Assembly (NCBI GenBank): GCA_963823665.1
Contig: CAWGMQ010000010.1
Coordinates: 2,112,001 to 2,176,000 of the forward strand
Length of the DNA stretch: 64,000 nt
Source: an uncultured Planctomycetota bacterium
Lineage (GTDB): Bacteria; Planctomycetota; Planctomycetia; Isosphaerales; Isosphaeraceae
Reading direction: 5' to 3'
Shown: positions 1 through 9,839 of the stretch, piece after piece
How the letters are laid out: every line of letters begins with the position of its first letter
Numbering within the stretch: the first letter of the stretch is position 1
Program-made: the position numbers and the translations under genes
Notes under the pieces: generated by a model
What the model was told of the DNA's origin: nothing
Database searches by the model: none
The model's input: only the letters and a program-made list of their open reading frames with translations

Positions 1-352
1 GTCTTACCAGATGCTCCGGGATTATCCGGCGGCCCTGGCGAGCTGCGCCGAAGGGCTTTCGCTCGATGCCGAGGATGCCGAGTTGTGGTTCCGCAAGGCG
101 GTGGTGCATCGGTGTGGTGGCGATTCGGCTGCGGCCGAGGAGTGCTGGCGGCGGATCTTGACGCTCTCGCGGCCCAAGAAGTTTGCCAGCTTGGATCAGG
201 GGATTTATGGGCATCTGACGCGGCGGAATCTCGCGGCGCTGGCTCACGAACGGGGTGATGTTGAGGAGGCGCGGCGGCAGTGGCGGGCGGTGTTGGAGGA
301 GTGCCCGGGGGACAGGGAGGCCACGGAAAAGCTGGCGCAGTGCCGGAAGTAG
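1..352 (+). CDS. 3' end of a TPR-repeat protein (probably a TPR-fused glycosyltransferase); partial at window edge
   Basis: Helical TPR-like segments (AELWFRKAVVHR, NLAALAHERGDVEEARRQWRAVLEECPGD); lies upstream of sugar kinase and GT genes. Confidence 0.6.
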   Translation, partial: SYQMLRDYPAALASCAEGLSLDAEDAELWFRKAVVHRCGGDSAAAEECWRRILTLSRPKKFASLDQGIYGHLTRRNLAALAHERGDVEEARRQWRAVLEECPGDREATEKLAQCRK

Positions 353-480
353 CGGGCACATGCCACGTCCCTGCTGCAGTGGGGCACTCGCCTCGGAGTC
401 ATTTACGGATCTGCCAGGGGTGGTGACCCTGGCCATTGACCTCTACGCCGTCCGGCGTAAACAGAGAGGAGCGCTGCGCC

Positions 481-1455
481 ATGATCATTTCACAAACGCC
501 TTACCGGGTCAGCTTCGCAGGAGGTGGGACTGACTTGCCGGTGTTCTATCGGCGGCAGTACGGGGCCGTACTCAGCACGGCGATCAATCATCACATTTAT
601 GTCACCGTTCACCGGCGTTTTGAGCCATCCATCCGCGTCAGCTACTCACGCACCGAGGTCGCCGACACGCTGGACGAAGTTCAGCATGAGCTAGTGCGCG
701 AAGCGATGCGCCTCGCCGAAATCGACGAACCACTCGAAATCACCACCATCGGCGACGTACCGGCCGGTACCGGCATGGGGTCCAGCAGCAGCCTCACCGT
801 GGGACTTCTGGGTGCTCTCTACGGATTCTGCAACCGGGTTGTCAGCCCCAAGCTCCTGGCCGAGCAGGCGTCCCGCATCGAAATCAACGTTCTGGGCAAA
901 CCGATCGGACGCCAGGACCAGTATGCGGCCGCCTTTGGCGGGCTGAACTACATCCGCTTTAACAAGGACGACACCGTCGACGTGGAGCCCGTGCCGTGCC
1001 GCGCGGAGACGCTCGAAGAGCTCGAGCGGCGGGCTCTACTCACCTATACCGGCCAGACTCGCGACGCCAGCACTATACTCGAGCGCCAATCCAGCATCAC
1101 TGAAGATCATATGGAGGTGCTGACGTCACTTCGCGATCTCGCCGACGAGATGCGAACCGCACTCGCCGGCGCCGGCGACCTTGATCATTTCGCGGAGCTT
1201 CTCCACCGAGGTTGGGAACTTAAGCGATCGCTGGGATGCGGGATCAGCAACCGCCAGATCGACGACTGGTACGCGGCCGCACGACGAGCGGGCGCCTGCG
1301 GCGGCAAACTGCTCGGGGCTGGCGGAGGTGGGTTTCTGCTGCTTATAGCACCACCCTGGCGGCACCGCGCTATCCGCGAAGCACTTGGACGACCGCGGGA
1401 GCTGCCGTTCAAACTCGCCCGGCACGGAAGCCGGTTGATCTTTATTCATGCTTGA
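481..1455 (+). CDS. hddA: GHMP kinase, D-glycero-alpha-D-manno-heptose-7-phosphate kinase-like
   Basis: N-terminal TPYRVSFAGGGTD, P-loop PAGTGMGSSS, GRQDQYAAAFGG and C-terminal GKLLGAGGGG motifs; GAGGAG RBS before ATG 481. Confidence 0.85.
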   Translation: MIISQTPYRVSFAGGGTDLPVFYRRQYGAVLSTAINHHIYVTVHRRFEPSIRVSYSRTEVADTLDEVQHELVREAMRLAEIDEPLEITTIGDVPAGTGMGSSSSLTVGLLGALYGFCNRVVSPKLLAEQASRIEINVLGKPIGRQDQYAAAFGGLNYIRFNKDDTVDVEPVPCRAETLEELERRALLTYTGQTRDASTILERQSSITEDHMEVLTSLRDLADEMRTALAGAGDLDHFAELLHRGWELKRSLGCGISNRQIDDWYAAARRAGACGGKLLGAGGGGFLLLIAPPWRHRAIREALGRPRELPFKLARHGSRLIFIHA

Positions 1456-1569
1456 GGACTGAGCGTGGACTTTGGCCGCGAGTATCCGCGCAACCAAAAA
1501 TCCCGGGCGTCACGCTAGAGCCTGGACGACGAGGTGTTCCGCAGAGACTCTTTATGGGGCTCGCACGAC

Positions 1570-2820
1570 ATGGCACATCGCTTACTCTTCGCTTCTATTC
1601 ACAGCTACCTCGACCCCTCCAGCGGGGCGGCTCTTGCGACGCGAGAGCTCCTCGAATTGCTGGCAGGGCGCGGATGGGACTGCCGAGCGTTCACTTGCGG
1701 CGTGCTTGACTATCAGAACGAGACGCCTATCGAGAATGTGCTCGCTTCAATCGAGCGGCCGGCTACGCGGTCGGGCACGGCGCTCAGCCTTGGTGGCCAG
1801 GCCGAGATCTTTGACCTACAAGTTGGTGGCGTGCGCGTCACACTGCTGCCCACGTCGTGCAGCCGCGCCGATAAGGCACCCAACCCGCGTGAGGGCGCCA
1901 TGTACATCGACCTCGCCGAGCAGGTGCTGGATCGATTCCGGCCTGAGATTCTGGTGACCTACGGCGGGCATCCGGTCAGCCGTTCTCTGATGCTGAAGGC
2001 CAGGGCCAAGGGTACTGCGGTCGTTTTTCACCTGCACAATTTCGGCTACAACGATCGGCGCGGATTCGAGGACGTCGATGCCATAATCTTCCCGTCAGAG
2101 TATTCACGCCGGCTCTACACGCGCCGGGTCGGTATCGACGGCGTTGTCATTCCTGACCCGATTCGGCTCGAGAAGGTGATCGCCGAGAACCCCGAGCCGC
2201 AATACGTGACGTTCATCAACCCCCAGCCTGAAAAGGGAGCGGCCGTCTTTGCGCGGATTGCGCTCGAGCTCGGTCGACGGCGGCCGGATATCCCGCTCCT
2301 AGTCGTCGAAGGCCGAGGTACCGCTGACGGCCTCGCGGGGTTGCCCGTCGATCTCTCGGGGCTGACGAACCTGCACCGGATGGCGAACACGCCCGATCCG
2401 CGCGATTTCTACCGGGTCAGCCGGGTGGTGCTGATGCCATCCCTCTGGCGGGAGTCGCTCGGCCGCGTGCCGATCGAGGCGATGGCGAATGGCATTCCAG
2501 TACTGGCCAGCGATCGCGGAGCGCTACCCGAGACCCTGGGCGATGCCGGGTTCGTGTTCACGATCCCTGATCGGTGCACACCAGCCAGCAGCGTGGTGCC
2601 AACCGCGCAGGAAGTGGCTCCCTGGGTGGCCGTGATCGAGCGACTGTGGGACGATGCGGAATTCGAGGCCGAGCACCGGAGACGGGCGCTGGCTGAGGCG
2701 AAGCGCTGGGATGTGGACAGGTTGGCCGAACAATACGAGGCTTTCTTCCGCTCATTATGCCAAAGCGAAGTAAAGCGCGCCACCACGCACGCGGTGCGAA
2801 ATATAGTCGTTGGCAATTAG
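1570..2820 (+). CDS. Glycosyltransferase family 4 (GT-B fold)
   Basis: PSLWRESLGRVPIEAMANGIPVLASDRGALPE (E-x7-E signature) and FINPQPEKG. Confidence 0.9.
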   Translation: MAHRLLFASIHSYLDPSSGAALATRELLELLAGRGWDCRAFTCGVLDYQNETPIENVLASIERPATRSGTALSLGGQAEIFDLQVGGVRVTLLPTSCSRADKAPNPREGAMYIDLAEQVLDRFRPEILVTYGGHPVSRSLMLKARAKGTAVVFHLHNFGYNDRRGFEDVDAIIFPSEYSRRLYTRRVGIDGVVIPDPIRLEKVIAENPEPQYVTFINPQPEKGAAVFARIALELGRRRPDIPLLVVEGRGTADGLAGLPVDLSGLTNLHRMANTPDPRDFYRVSRVVLMPSLWRESLGRVPIEAMANGIPVLASDRGALPETLGDAGFVFTIPDRCTPASSVVPTAQEVAPWVAVIERLWDDAEFEAEHRRRALAEAKRWDVDRLAEQYEAFFRSLCQSEVKRATTHAVRNIVVGN

Positions 2821-2894
2821 CGCCCGGTTTGAGAAGCGCGGAGTGGATACCGAGGGTCAGACGAAGCGCCATTCGTCGACGCCAGACATTTGCG

Positions 2895-3635
2895 TTAGAT
2901 TTCCACGAAGGGACCATCTCCCTTCGGATGTCCGCACCCCCGGACCCCGTACCCGGGCTTGGAATAGTGGAAATGGACGGCGGGATCGAGAAATCGGCCT
3001 TCGATCATCAGGTCGGCCTTCACGAAGAAGGCATTCACGCCCCGTGAGTCGGTGGCGACCAGTGAGTATCCCTTCTTGCGCCCGAGACGAGCGAGCGAAG
3101 CAAGGCTGGCACCATAATAGCTCGTCCCATCCCAAGTGTGTTCATGGTTTTCCACCATGACCCACAGCCGTGGCGGAGGGAAGCTCGCGTTGTACTCGAT
3201 CACGACGATCCGGGGATGCCAGTTCTGGATGGCCGCCCAGACCCAGTAGTCGTTGCCGTCGATGTCGATCGAGAGCAGGTCAAACTCTTGGGGGATGTGA
3301 TTCCCGGAAAGGATCTGCTCGATGTTGTCCGAACTCACGCGGGCGCGAATGCACCGAATGCGATCATCTCCGGCGTACGTGCGGCTGAGCCCGTCGAACT
3401 TCGCGCTATTCCCTTCGATGAAGAGGGCGCCCCATCCTTCCTTCAAGGCCAGGCGCGCGCAGTTACATTCGAGGCCGGTTTCGGCCCCGAACTCCACGAA
3501 GAGACCCGTCTTGATACCGACCCTCCGGAGGATCTCCTCGATGATGCCATCTTCGCCATTCTGCGAGTAGACGCGGCGCTCGTGTGCGCGCAGGTCCCCC
3601 GCCACGTCCCGTGCCGCGAAATCGCTATGACCCAT
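2895..3635 (-). CDS. FkbM-like/SAM-dependent methyltransferase-family protein
   Basis: YSQNGEDGII, FVEFGA, DLLSIDIDGNDYWVW, VVIEYN and GVNAFFV motifs, typical of this glycan-locus family. Confidence 0.7.
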   Translation of the reverse strand: MGHSDFAARDVAGDLRAHERRVYSQNGEDGIIEEILRRVGIKTGLFVEFGAETGLECNCARLALKEGWGALFIEGNSAKFDGLSRTYAGDDRIRCIRARVSSDNIEQILSGNHIPQEFDLLSIDIDGNDYWVWAAIQNWHPRIVVIEYNASFPPPRLWVMVENHEHTWDGTSYYGASLASLARLGRKKGYSLVATDSRGVNAFFVKADLMIEGRFLDPAVHFHYSKPGYGVRGCGHPKGDGPFVEI

Positions 3636-4347
3636 GGCATCGACCTCCTCTGTTCTCGAAATGTTCAACAATCGCGTTGTGCGCGGGCCGCACCCGGATT
3701 ATCGTTGCCCGGATTTCGATCAGCACAGGCGCAGACGCCGCCGCACAAGGCACCTTCTCTCCCATGACTTGAACCGTTGTTCTCGAATTCGAAGATACGG
3801 GGACATGAACTAGCCCGATCCGGACACCTCAACAAGCATTGGCTGACACCTCATCCCAGGAGAGCAAAAGGTAGTCAATCGAGTTCGAGAGAGGGAAGCA
3901 ATCCTCGCCTTTTGGCCGTAAACCAAGGCGATCCGACAAGCGGGCAACTCGTTAGCCGCTCTTTCCGCTGCTCGATTTCAGTCGATAGCCGAGACCTCAA
4001 CGGACTGGGTCCTACGCCGCCATGCACTCCATTATGTCATTCGGATTCAGTTTTACCGCGCGCGTCTCCGTCATCCTCCTTGCCCCAAAACGCTCCTTTG
4101 AAACGCACCGAGTCAGGATAAGCTATCTGCAAACGAGCGTGAACCCAGCGCCAGTTCTGTTCAAAGACACTGCTAATGAACCTTCCGACGTCCGGGAAAC
4201 CCGCCATTGCAAGAGGGCCTGCGGGCACCCTACCGAACTGAATCAAGTGGATCTCGATGTGCGAGCTCGGATTCTCAAGCCGGGTCGATTATCCATAAAA
4301 AACGCTTCCTATTTCCTCTAATCGCGTCGACCTGCGAGGGCCGCTCC

Positions 4348-4720
4348 GTGCCTGTCGAAGTAACACCGCTTTTCCGGCGCGATGTTCTCCGCCCTCACCT
4401 CATTTACGTCCATCCGCCCGGCGATGGCAGCGCTGTTCGGGAAACCCTCGCGCGATGATCCCGGCTACTCTGGTATCCTCAGGCTGACACCCTCAAGGAG
4501 CACGAACTTCTCCCCGACGTCCTGACCGACATCCTTTGTGGAAGCCTCGGTTACACTCGAGCCATCGACACCAAGGACCGCTGCACGCTCTCGCGCGAAA
4601 TTCGTCGAAGTAGACGGCAGGTTCGCCGACGCCGTGCTCGGTGAGTTCACTCCCGCGGCGATCTGGCTCTAGTGGCTGTAGAAGGCAAGGGACCTACGGA
4701 CCCATTCGATCGGAACCTTG
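4348..4720 (+). pseudogene. Decayed N-terminal fragment of a type IIG restriction-modification enzyme
   Basis: Reads VPVEVTPLFRRDVLRPHL...*...KEHELLPDVLTDILCGSLGY...[frameshift]...FVEVDGRFADAVLG...VAVEGKGPTDPFDR; PD-(D/E)xK-like AD...ExK core, in-frame TGA at 4456, truncated. Confidence 0.55.
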
Positions 4721-4850
4721 ATCTATCGATGATGGTTGTCGAGCTTAGATTCTACTTTCCCAGAATGGGAAAATAGGATCGTCCGGCCATAAGTCCCACA
4801 TTGCAATTTGGTTAGGACTATCGAGTCTTGGGTTTTGGGGTTGTCCTCCC

Positions 4851-7016
4851 TCACCTTTGAGTTTCGCCTGGCATCGACTCCAGCAGGGCACGTACGTAAG
4901 CGGCGGCGGTGATCGCTGCGTAGTTCTGCCACGTGTCGTTCTTGGTCATGTCGGCATAGTCGCAGATGCCGCGTACGACGAGGTAACCGATGCCGAATTG
5001 CCATGTCGCATCTTGGATACCCGAGCCTTCCATCTCAACTGCCTTTACGCCGAACTGGTCTCGGAGCAAATCGCGTTTGCTCGGATCTTTCAGCAGAGTA
5101 TTCGCGGAGGCGATGGGCCCAACGAACACCCGCGGCTTGTCGACGCTGCGCCTTGCGTCCGGTGGGTGCGAAACGGACCTGGCGGTGCCGGCGAGGACAT
5201 CTGTCGCAGGATCGGGCCTCATCCATCCCAGTTGTGCCGAGCAGTGGTCGAGCCAGCGGTTCCAGGGCCGCTTACCGAAGTGTTCATCAGCTACCATTGC
5301 GTCGACGGCGGCCAATAACTCGGCGCTTGGGCGATGACCGGCCGCTCGAACTTCTACGGCCTTGTCGGTCTTTTTCCTCTTTGCGGACTGTTTCACAAAA
5401 TCGTATTGAACGACGCCCTTCAGATTTGACACCACAATATCACCAAGACGGACATGGTCCTCGGGCTTCTCCGGATCCGGGATACCGGCTGCGATGCCGC
5501 ACATGATGATGGACTGGATCGATGGGAAATGCGATAAGAGTACGCTTGCCCGGATTGATGCCACATTGTTTCCGATACCGCACTGTGCAATTACTATGCG
5601 GTGCGCACCACCCTGTGATGATGGTATCTCACACCTCCAGTACGTCCCGCCGCCACCCGCCCCAACGATGTTTATTTGCGGAGGTTCTCCGAGAGCTGCC
5701 CGAACTGCGGCGAGCTCGTGCGGTAGGGCCGTGATAATCCCAACTTGCGGCCCGTGGTTGTCGGAAAACTGACGCTTTGAGGCCACTGCTTCGAAAAGCC
5801 CGCCGCATCCTTCAAGGCCCGATAACAGGCGTACCATGTCATCCAATGAGCGTGGGTTGAGTGAGCCAACGTAGTTCTGGAGGTCCGACGAAATTGGTAA
5901 CTCCATCGGCGGCGGGCCTTGTGGCCAGGGAGCAGCCTTAATCATCCTATCGGCTTTCAGAATAGCTGTCATTGCGTCCCCTTCAACGGGACCCGGCGGC
6001 AATCCCTCGAATAGCTTTCGCAGATCGTCGAGAGCAAGACAGGCGTAGACCGTTCGAATCGATCTAAGCTCCGGATCGGATTCAGTTTCGAGTCCACTGA
6101 TCAGACGCCCCAATCGTCCTAGAGCTTCACGAGCAGACAAGAGCCACGGTAGAGCGGCGGAATCCTCGGATCCACAATCGCTTCGTGGTTGGGACGTGTT
6201 CTCAGAGAGCGCTTGGACTACTTCAGACTCCGTTGACTCGAGCGAGGATTGCTTTGCGTTAGTTCGAGTGCGCGAACCGAAGCGCCCGTGCTCGTCCGGC
6301 GAGACCGCTAGACTTCCGTCGGCCCGCAACGGTCGCCTGCTGCCGTCCGTCAAATTGCACGGATTGGGTAATTTCTCGCTCTCGGAAACGTCAAAGCGCG
6401 TCCCGCGAACTCCTTCCCGAATCTCGTGTACGGCGGATTCGAGCGCTGGATAGTCCCCGCGTTCGAGCGTCGGGAAATCCGGGCCCAAGTAAGGACAAAA
6501 AATCCAAGAACGGCGAAGTGATTCAAGCTCTTCAGTCGACCTTATCGAGGGTACAGCCGGTGGGATGCCTTCATTCTCCGCGTCCCTAGCTGCGTCGAAA
6601 CGCCCCTGATCCGGTACCTGGCCTACCTCCTCAGCGAGAAATGCTTCGACGTGGGATCGGGCTGCAGCGAGATAAGCACGCCGTCGTGCTTTCCATAGGT
6701 CCCATTGTTCCGAAAGATACTTGCGCCCATCCGCCTCAATCACGCGATTCCATTTCCACCGCCTGATCAACGAATAAAACACTTGTTCCAAAGGTTTCAA
6801 TCCTATCCGTACACGGACCGGTAGCTCCGCCTTCTCGAGCGTTCCCAACGCAACCGCAAGTCTCCTCGCCTTCTCGGCGCCATCGATTTCCCACTCACTG
6901 TTCATCCGCACGTTTGGATGAAGAAACGATATTTGTAGGAAACCCAAAAACACCCCGGCGTCTTGCGTTAGGTTCTTGACGCTCTGCGTTTGGGTTGTGA
7001 AAGACTCTTCGACCAT
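4851..7016 (-). CDS. Multidomain protein with unknown N-terminus and C-terminal purine nucleoside phosphorylase/MTA-SAH nucleosidase (PNP_UDP_1) domain
   Basis: C-terminal ~300 aa carry GIITALPHE, CGIAAGIP, LGDIVVS, GPIASANTLLKD, AVEMEGSG and VRGICDYADxxKNDTWQNYAA. Confidence 0.8.
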   Translation of the reverse strand: MVEESFTTQTQSVKNLTQDAGVFLGFLQISFLHPNVRMNSEWEIDGAEKARRLAVALGTLEKAELPVRVRIGLKPLEQVFYSLIRRWKWNRVIEADGRKYLSEQWDLWKARRRAYLAAARSHVEAFLAEEVGQVPDQGRFDAARDAENEGIPPAVPSIRSTEELESLRRSWIFCPYLGPDFPTLERGDYPALESAVHEIREGVRGTRFDVSESEKLPNPCNLTDGSRRPLRADGSLAVSPDEHGRFGSRTRTNAKQSSLESTESEVVQALSENTSQPRSDCGSEDSAALPWLLSAREALGRLGRLISGLETESDPELRSIRTVYACLALDDLRKLFEGLPPGPVEGDAMTAILKADRMIKAAPWPQGPPPMELPISSDLQNYVGSLNPRSLDDMVRLLSGLEGCGGLFEAVASKRQFSDNHGPQVGIITALPHELAAVRAALGEPPQINIVGAGGGGTYWRCEIPSSQGGAHRIVIAQCGIGNNVASIRASVLLSHFPSIQSIIMCGIAAGIPDPEKPEDHVRLGDIVVSNLKGVVQYDFVKQSAKRKKTDKAVEVRAAGHRPSAELLAAVDAMVADEHFGKRPWNRWLDHCSAQLGWMRPDPATDVLAGTARSVSHPPDARRSVDKPRVFVGPIASANTLLKDPSKRDLLRDQFGVKAVEMEGSGIQDATWQFGIGYLVVRGICDYADMTKNDTWQNYAAITAAAYVRALLESMPGETQR

Positions 7017-7914
7017 TTAACGACTTGCCTCTCAGTTCGCTGACGAGTTGGAAGAGGTTCGGTCACGGTCCTATTATTCCACAACCGCGCGGAACCTACG
7101 TAATCATCGTATACCTCAACGCGGAATCCCCAGTCTCAACTGCGCATCGAGACAGCGAAGGATCTCATCGCTGAACGCAGACGAACTCCGGAGACAATTG
7201 CCGGTCCTCCATTATGTTGAACCCAAGTTCGTCAATTCGCTCGCGCCAACGGTACACGAAACCGATCATCGCACGGACCCGATCAAGGCATGCTTCGGCC
7301 TGTTGGCGAGTCAGGCGTTACGTTTGCGTACTGTGCACAAATACAGTTTCGGTGTCAATGACTGTACTCGGCGCGCTACCGAACGCGACACCGATCTCCG
7401 GACCTTCATTTCGCCGCGAGCCACGAGCACCGAAAGACCGTCGATCATCATGTGCGAGAATTATTGGTCGTGTGGATAGCCGGCGGCACGAGCGGGTACC
7501 GATTCCGCGTTTCCAATGAGCGCGTGCTATGCACGTCGATCGTTTTAGCGACGGGCTGCTGAGAACTCTGCCGTGAGGCATTCGGCAGGTCGCGGCATTC
7601 GCTGCGGACTCTGCTTCTGCGTGAATCATTTGAGCCGTCCACGCGCTGAAGGAATTATGACGCTTCGATTTGGGCGCGGACTTTGGGCCGTTGCAACGTG
7701 TGTGACTCAAGAGCGTGTCTTTGAAGTCCTCAAAACAATAAAAAAAGGTACGCCAACTTTCGGCTCCCCGCGAGGGAACGAAAGGAGTCGTACCGATCAT
7801 TCGCATCGAACTATCTCACGGACGTGACGGACGAAGATGGCGAATCAAACCGACTCGCTTAGGATGATCGCGATGGCCTTGAAAGTCCGTCACCGCCCGA
7901 TGCAGACCTGTTGA

Positions 7915-8064
7915 CGGCAAAGAGAGAGGAAGAACCGCTCGTACTGTTCGGTCAGCCGCTGCCCATCCCAGCGCTTCGCCTCCGCCAGCCCTTTTCCGGT
8001 GCTCTGCCTCGAATACCGGATCGTCCGACAGCCGCTCAATCACGGCCACCCAGGGCGCCACTTC
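7915..8064 (-). pseudogene. Degenerate copy of the GT4 3' end
   Basis: Reverse strand encodes EVAPWVAVIERLSDDPVFEAEHRKR..AEAKRWDGQRLTEQYERFF, matching GT4 at 2611-2750; frameshifted, no 5' part. Confidence 0.75.
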
Positions 8065-8255
8065 CCGTATGGTCGAGACTCGTGATTCGCGGGGTTGCTT
8101 CTCGTGGAATCAAGGAGGTCGCTTGCGGTCGCGGCCGTCTCCTTGTCGAAACACCGTGCTTGATCGCTGCATTGCTCGCTGGACATCGTGGCGAGGGCGA
8201 TCAGTTGATCAAGCCAGCCATCGGTGCCGGCGCTGAACACTCTTTTCCTGCATTG

Positions 8256-8600
8256 TCACGGCTCGCGTTGCTCGCGGCACAGGTAGATATAAGTCGGCTG
8301 GCCGCGCTTGATGGCTGGCCGCAACTCGCCGGTCACGGGATCTTGCTCGACCACCAGGTGCCGCGCCGGGTTATCACGGAATCGCTCGGTAGTGCCGTCG
8401 GCCTTGGCCAGGACGTAAACGCCCGCAGTCGCGTCGTGCGTGAAGGTGAATTGCCAGGGTTCCTCTCCGACCTCGTAGGTGTAGGTCGTGAGCCCTTCAC
8501 CTCCGTCATCGCAGGTGTACCAGAGCATGCGTCTCCCCGGCCGGCCGGTCTGGTCGGCGTCGTGTGGCGTTCGGTCGCTGTCAGGGGAATCAGAATTCAT
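8256..8600 (-). CDS. Hypothetical protein
   Basis: ORF with GGAGG RBS before the ATG at 8600; protein-like composition; no family recognised. Confidence 0.5.
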   Translation of the reverse strand: MNSDSPDSDRTPHDADQTGRPGRRMLWYTCDDGGEGLTTYTYEVGEEPWQFTFTHDATAGVYVLAKADGTTERFRDNPARHLVVEQDPVTGELRPAIKRGQPTYIYLCREQREP

Positions 8601-8831
8601 GGTTGTTCCTCCAAAGGGCACGGGCGACTCGATCAAAGTGAACATCCCTGGTGCACACTTCCTTCACGTGTGTTCGTTTTTTTTGTGGTTTAGGATCCTC
8701 TCTGACCCAAGCCCCGCCTTCGGCGAGCGCCCAGGCTACGATTGATTGTGAATGCGCTACGCACAAACAACCTGTAGAATCCTCTCTGTTTCCTTCGTTT
8801 CCTCCTGTTCCAAAAAAATGGAGCCCGCGCT

Positions 8832-9236
8832 ATGCACCCGCTTTTCTCCAAAGCAAAAAACCTCACTGGTGAGGTCATTGGGGCCGCTATCGAAGTGCAC
8901 CGGATCATGCGGCCGGGCTTGTTGGAGAGCATCTACGAGCGGTGCCTGGTGCGCGAGCTCGAATTGCGTGGCATTCCAGTGCGTGACCAGCAAGAAGTCA
9001 TCATCGAGTACAAGGAGCTGGTGTTCACGGAGACGTTGAAGTTCGATCTGCTCGTCGACGACTGTCTTCTCGTTGAGCTCAAGGCCGTCCAGGATGTCGT
9101 ACCGATCCACAAGGCACAGTTGCTCAGTTACATGAAATTACTCGACGTGCCGCTTGGTCTCTTGTTCAACTTCCACGAGATCAAGCTCTCGGACGGGGTT
9201 TCGAGGCTGATCCTGCCCGGTGCAAACCAGTCTTGA
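8832..9236 (+). CDS. GxxExxY protein (PD-(D/E)xK nuclease superfamily)
   Basis: IGAAIEVHRIMRPGLLESIYE (GxxExxY), DLLVDD..LVELKAV and QLLSYMKL..GLLFNF. Confidence 0.93.
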   Translation: MHPLFSKAKNLTGEVIGAAIEVHRIMRPGLLESIYERCLVRELELRGIPVRDQQEVIIEYKELVFTETLKFDLLVDDCLLVELKAVQDVVPIHKAQLLSYMKLLDVPLGLLFNFHEIKLSDGVSRLILPGANQS

Positions 9237-9689
9237 ACATGAGGCAACAGAGTCAACGAAGACCGGAGCGGAGAACGAAGGTTCAACACAAGTGGACCAG
9301 CTTGTCCGATCCCAGCACTTCACGCTGAGCTCGGGGATGGGGACAGCTGTGTCCGGTGAATTCACTGATTTTGAACAGGAGGTAACCGAGTTAACGGAGA
9401 CCGGAGCCGACAACGCAGGTTGAGTTCAAGCATTTATGATCCTTCGAAGGCATTTCCAAATCTCCACCTGGCCAGAGTGGTGCTACGGGAAGATAATCGG
9501 CCGGTCGTGCTCGATTGCCACTGCACAAAGTTCCAACAGGCATTCGAACGAAGCCCCAAAAGGCGCTTCAAGGTCGGGTACGGGCCAGCGCCCAGGCTAC
9601 GAGTGATTGTGAATGCGCTACGCACAAACAACCTGTAGAATCCTCTCTGTTTCCTTCGTTTCCTCCTGTTCCAAAATGGACCCCACGTT

Positions 9690-9839
9690 ATGCACCCGCT
9701 TTTCGCCAAAGCAGACAGACTCAAACTCACTGGTATGAGATTACTCGACGTGCCGCTTGGTCTCTTGTTCAACTTCCACGAGATCAAGCTCTCGGACGGG
9801 GTTTCGAGGCTGATCCTGCCCGGTGCAAACCAGTCTTGA
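9690..9839 (+). pseudogene. Internally deleted, in-frame 49-aa mini-GxxExxY
   Basis: MHPLFAKADRLKLTG joined to MRLLDVPLGLLFNFHEIKLSDGVSRLILPGANQS*; the nuclease core is absent. Confidence 0.8.

Noticed and set aside
7048..7900. Several short overlapping ORFs upstream of the PNP gene
   Set aside because: No recognisable motifs, RBS or consistent coding frame.
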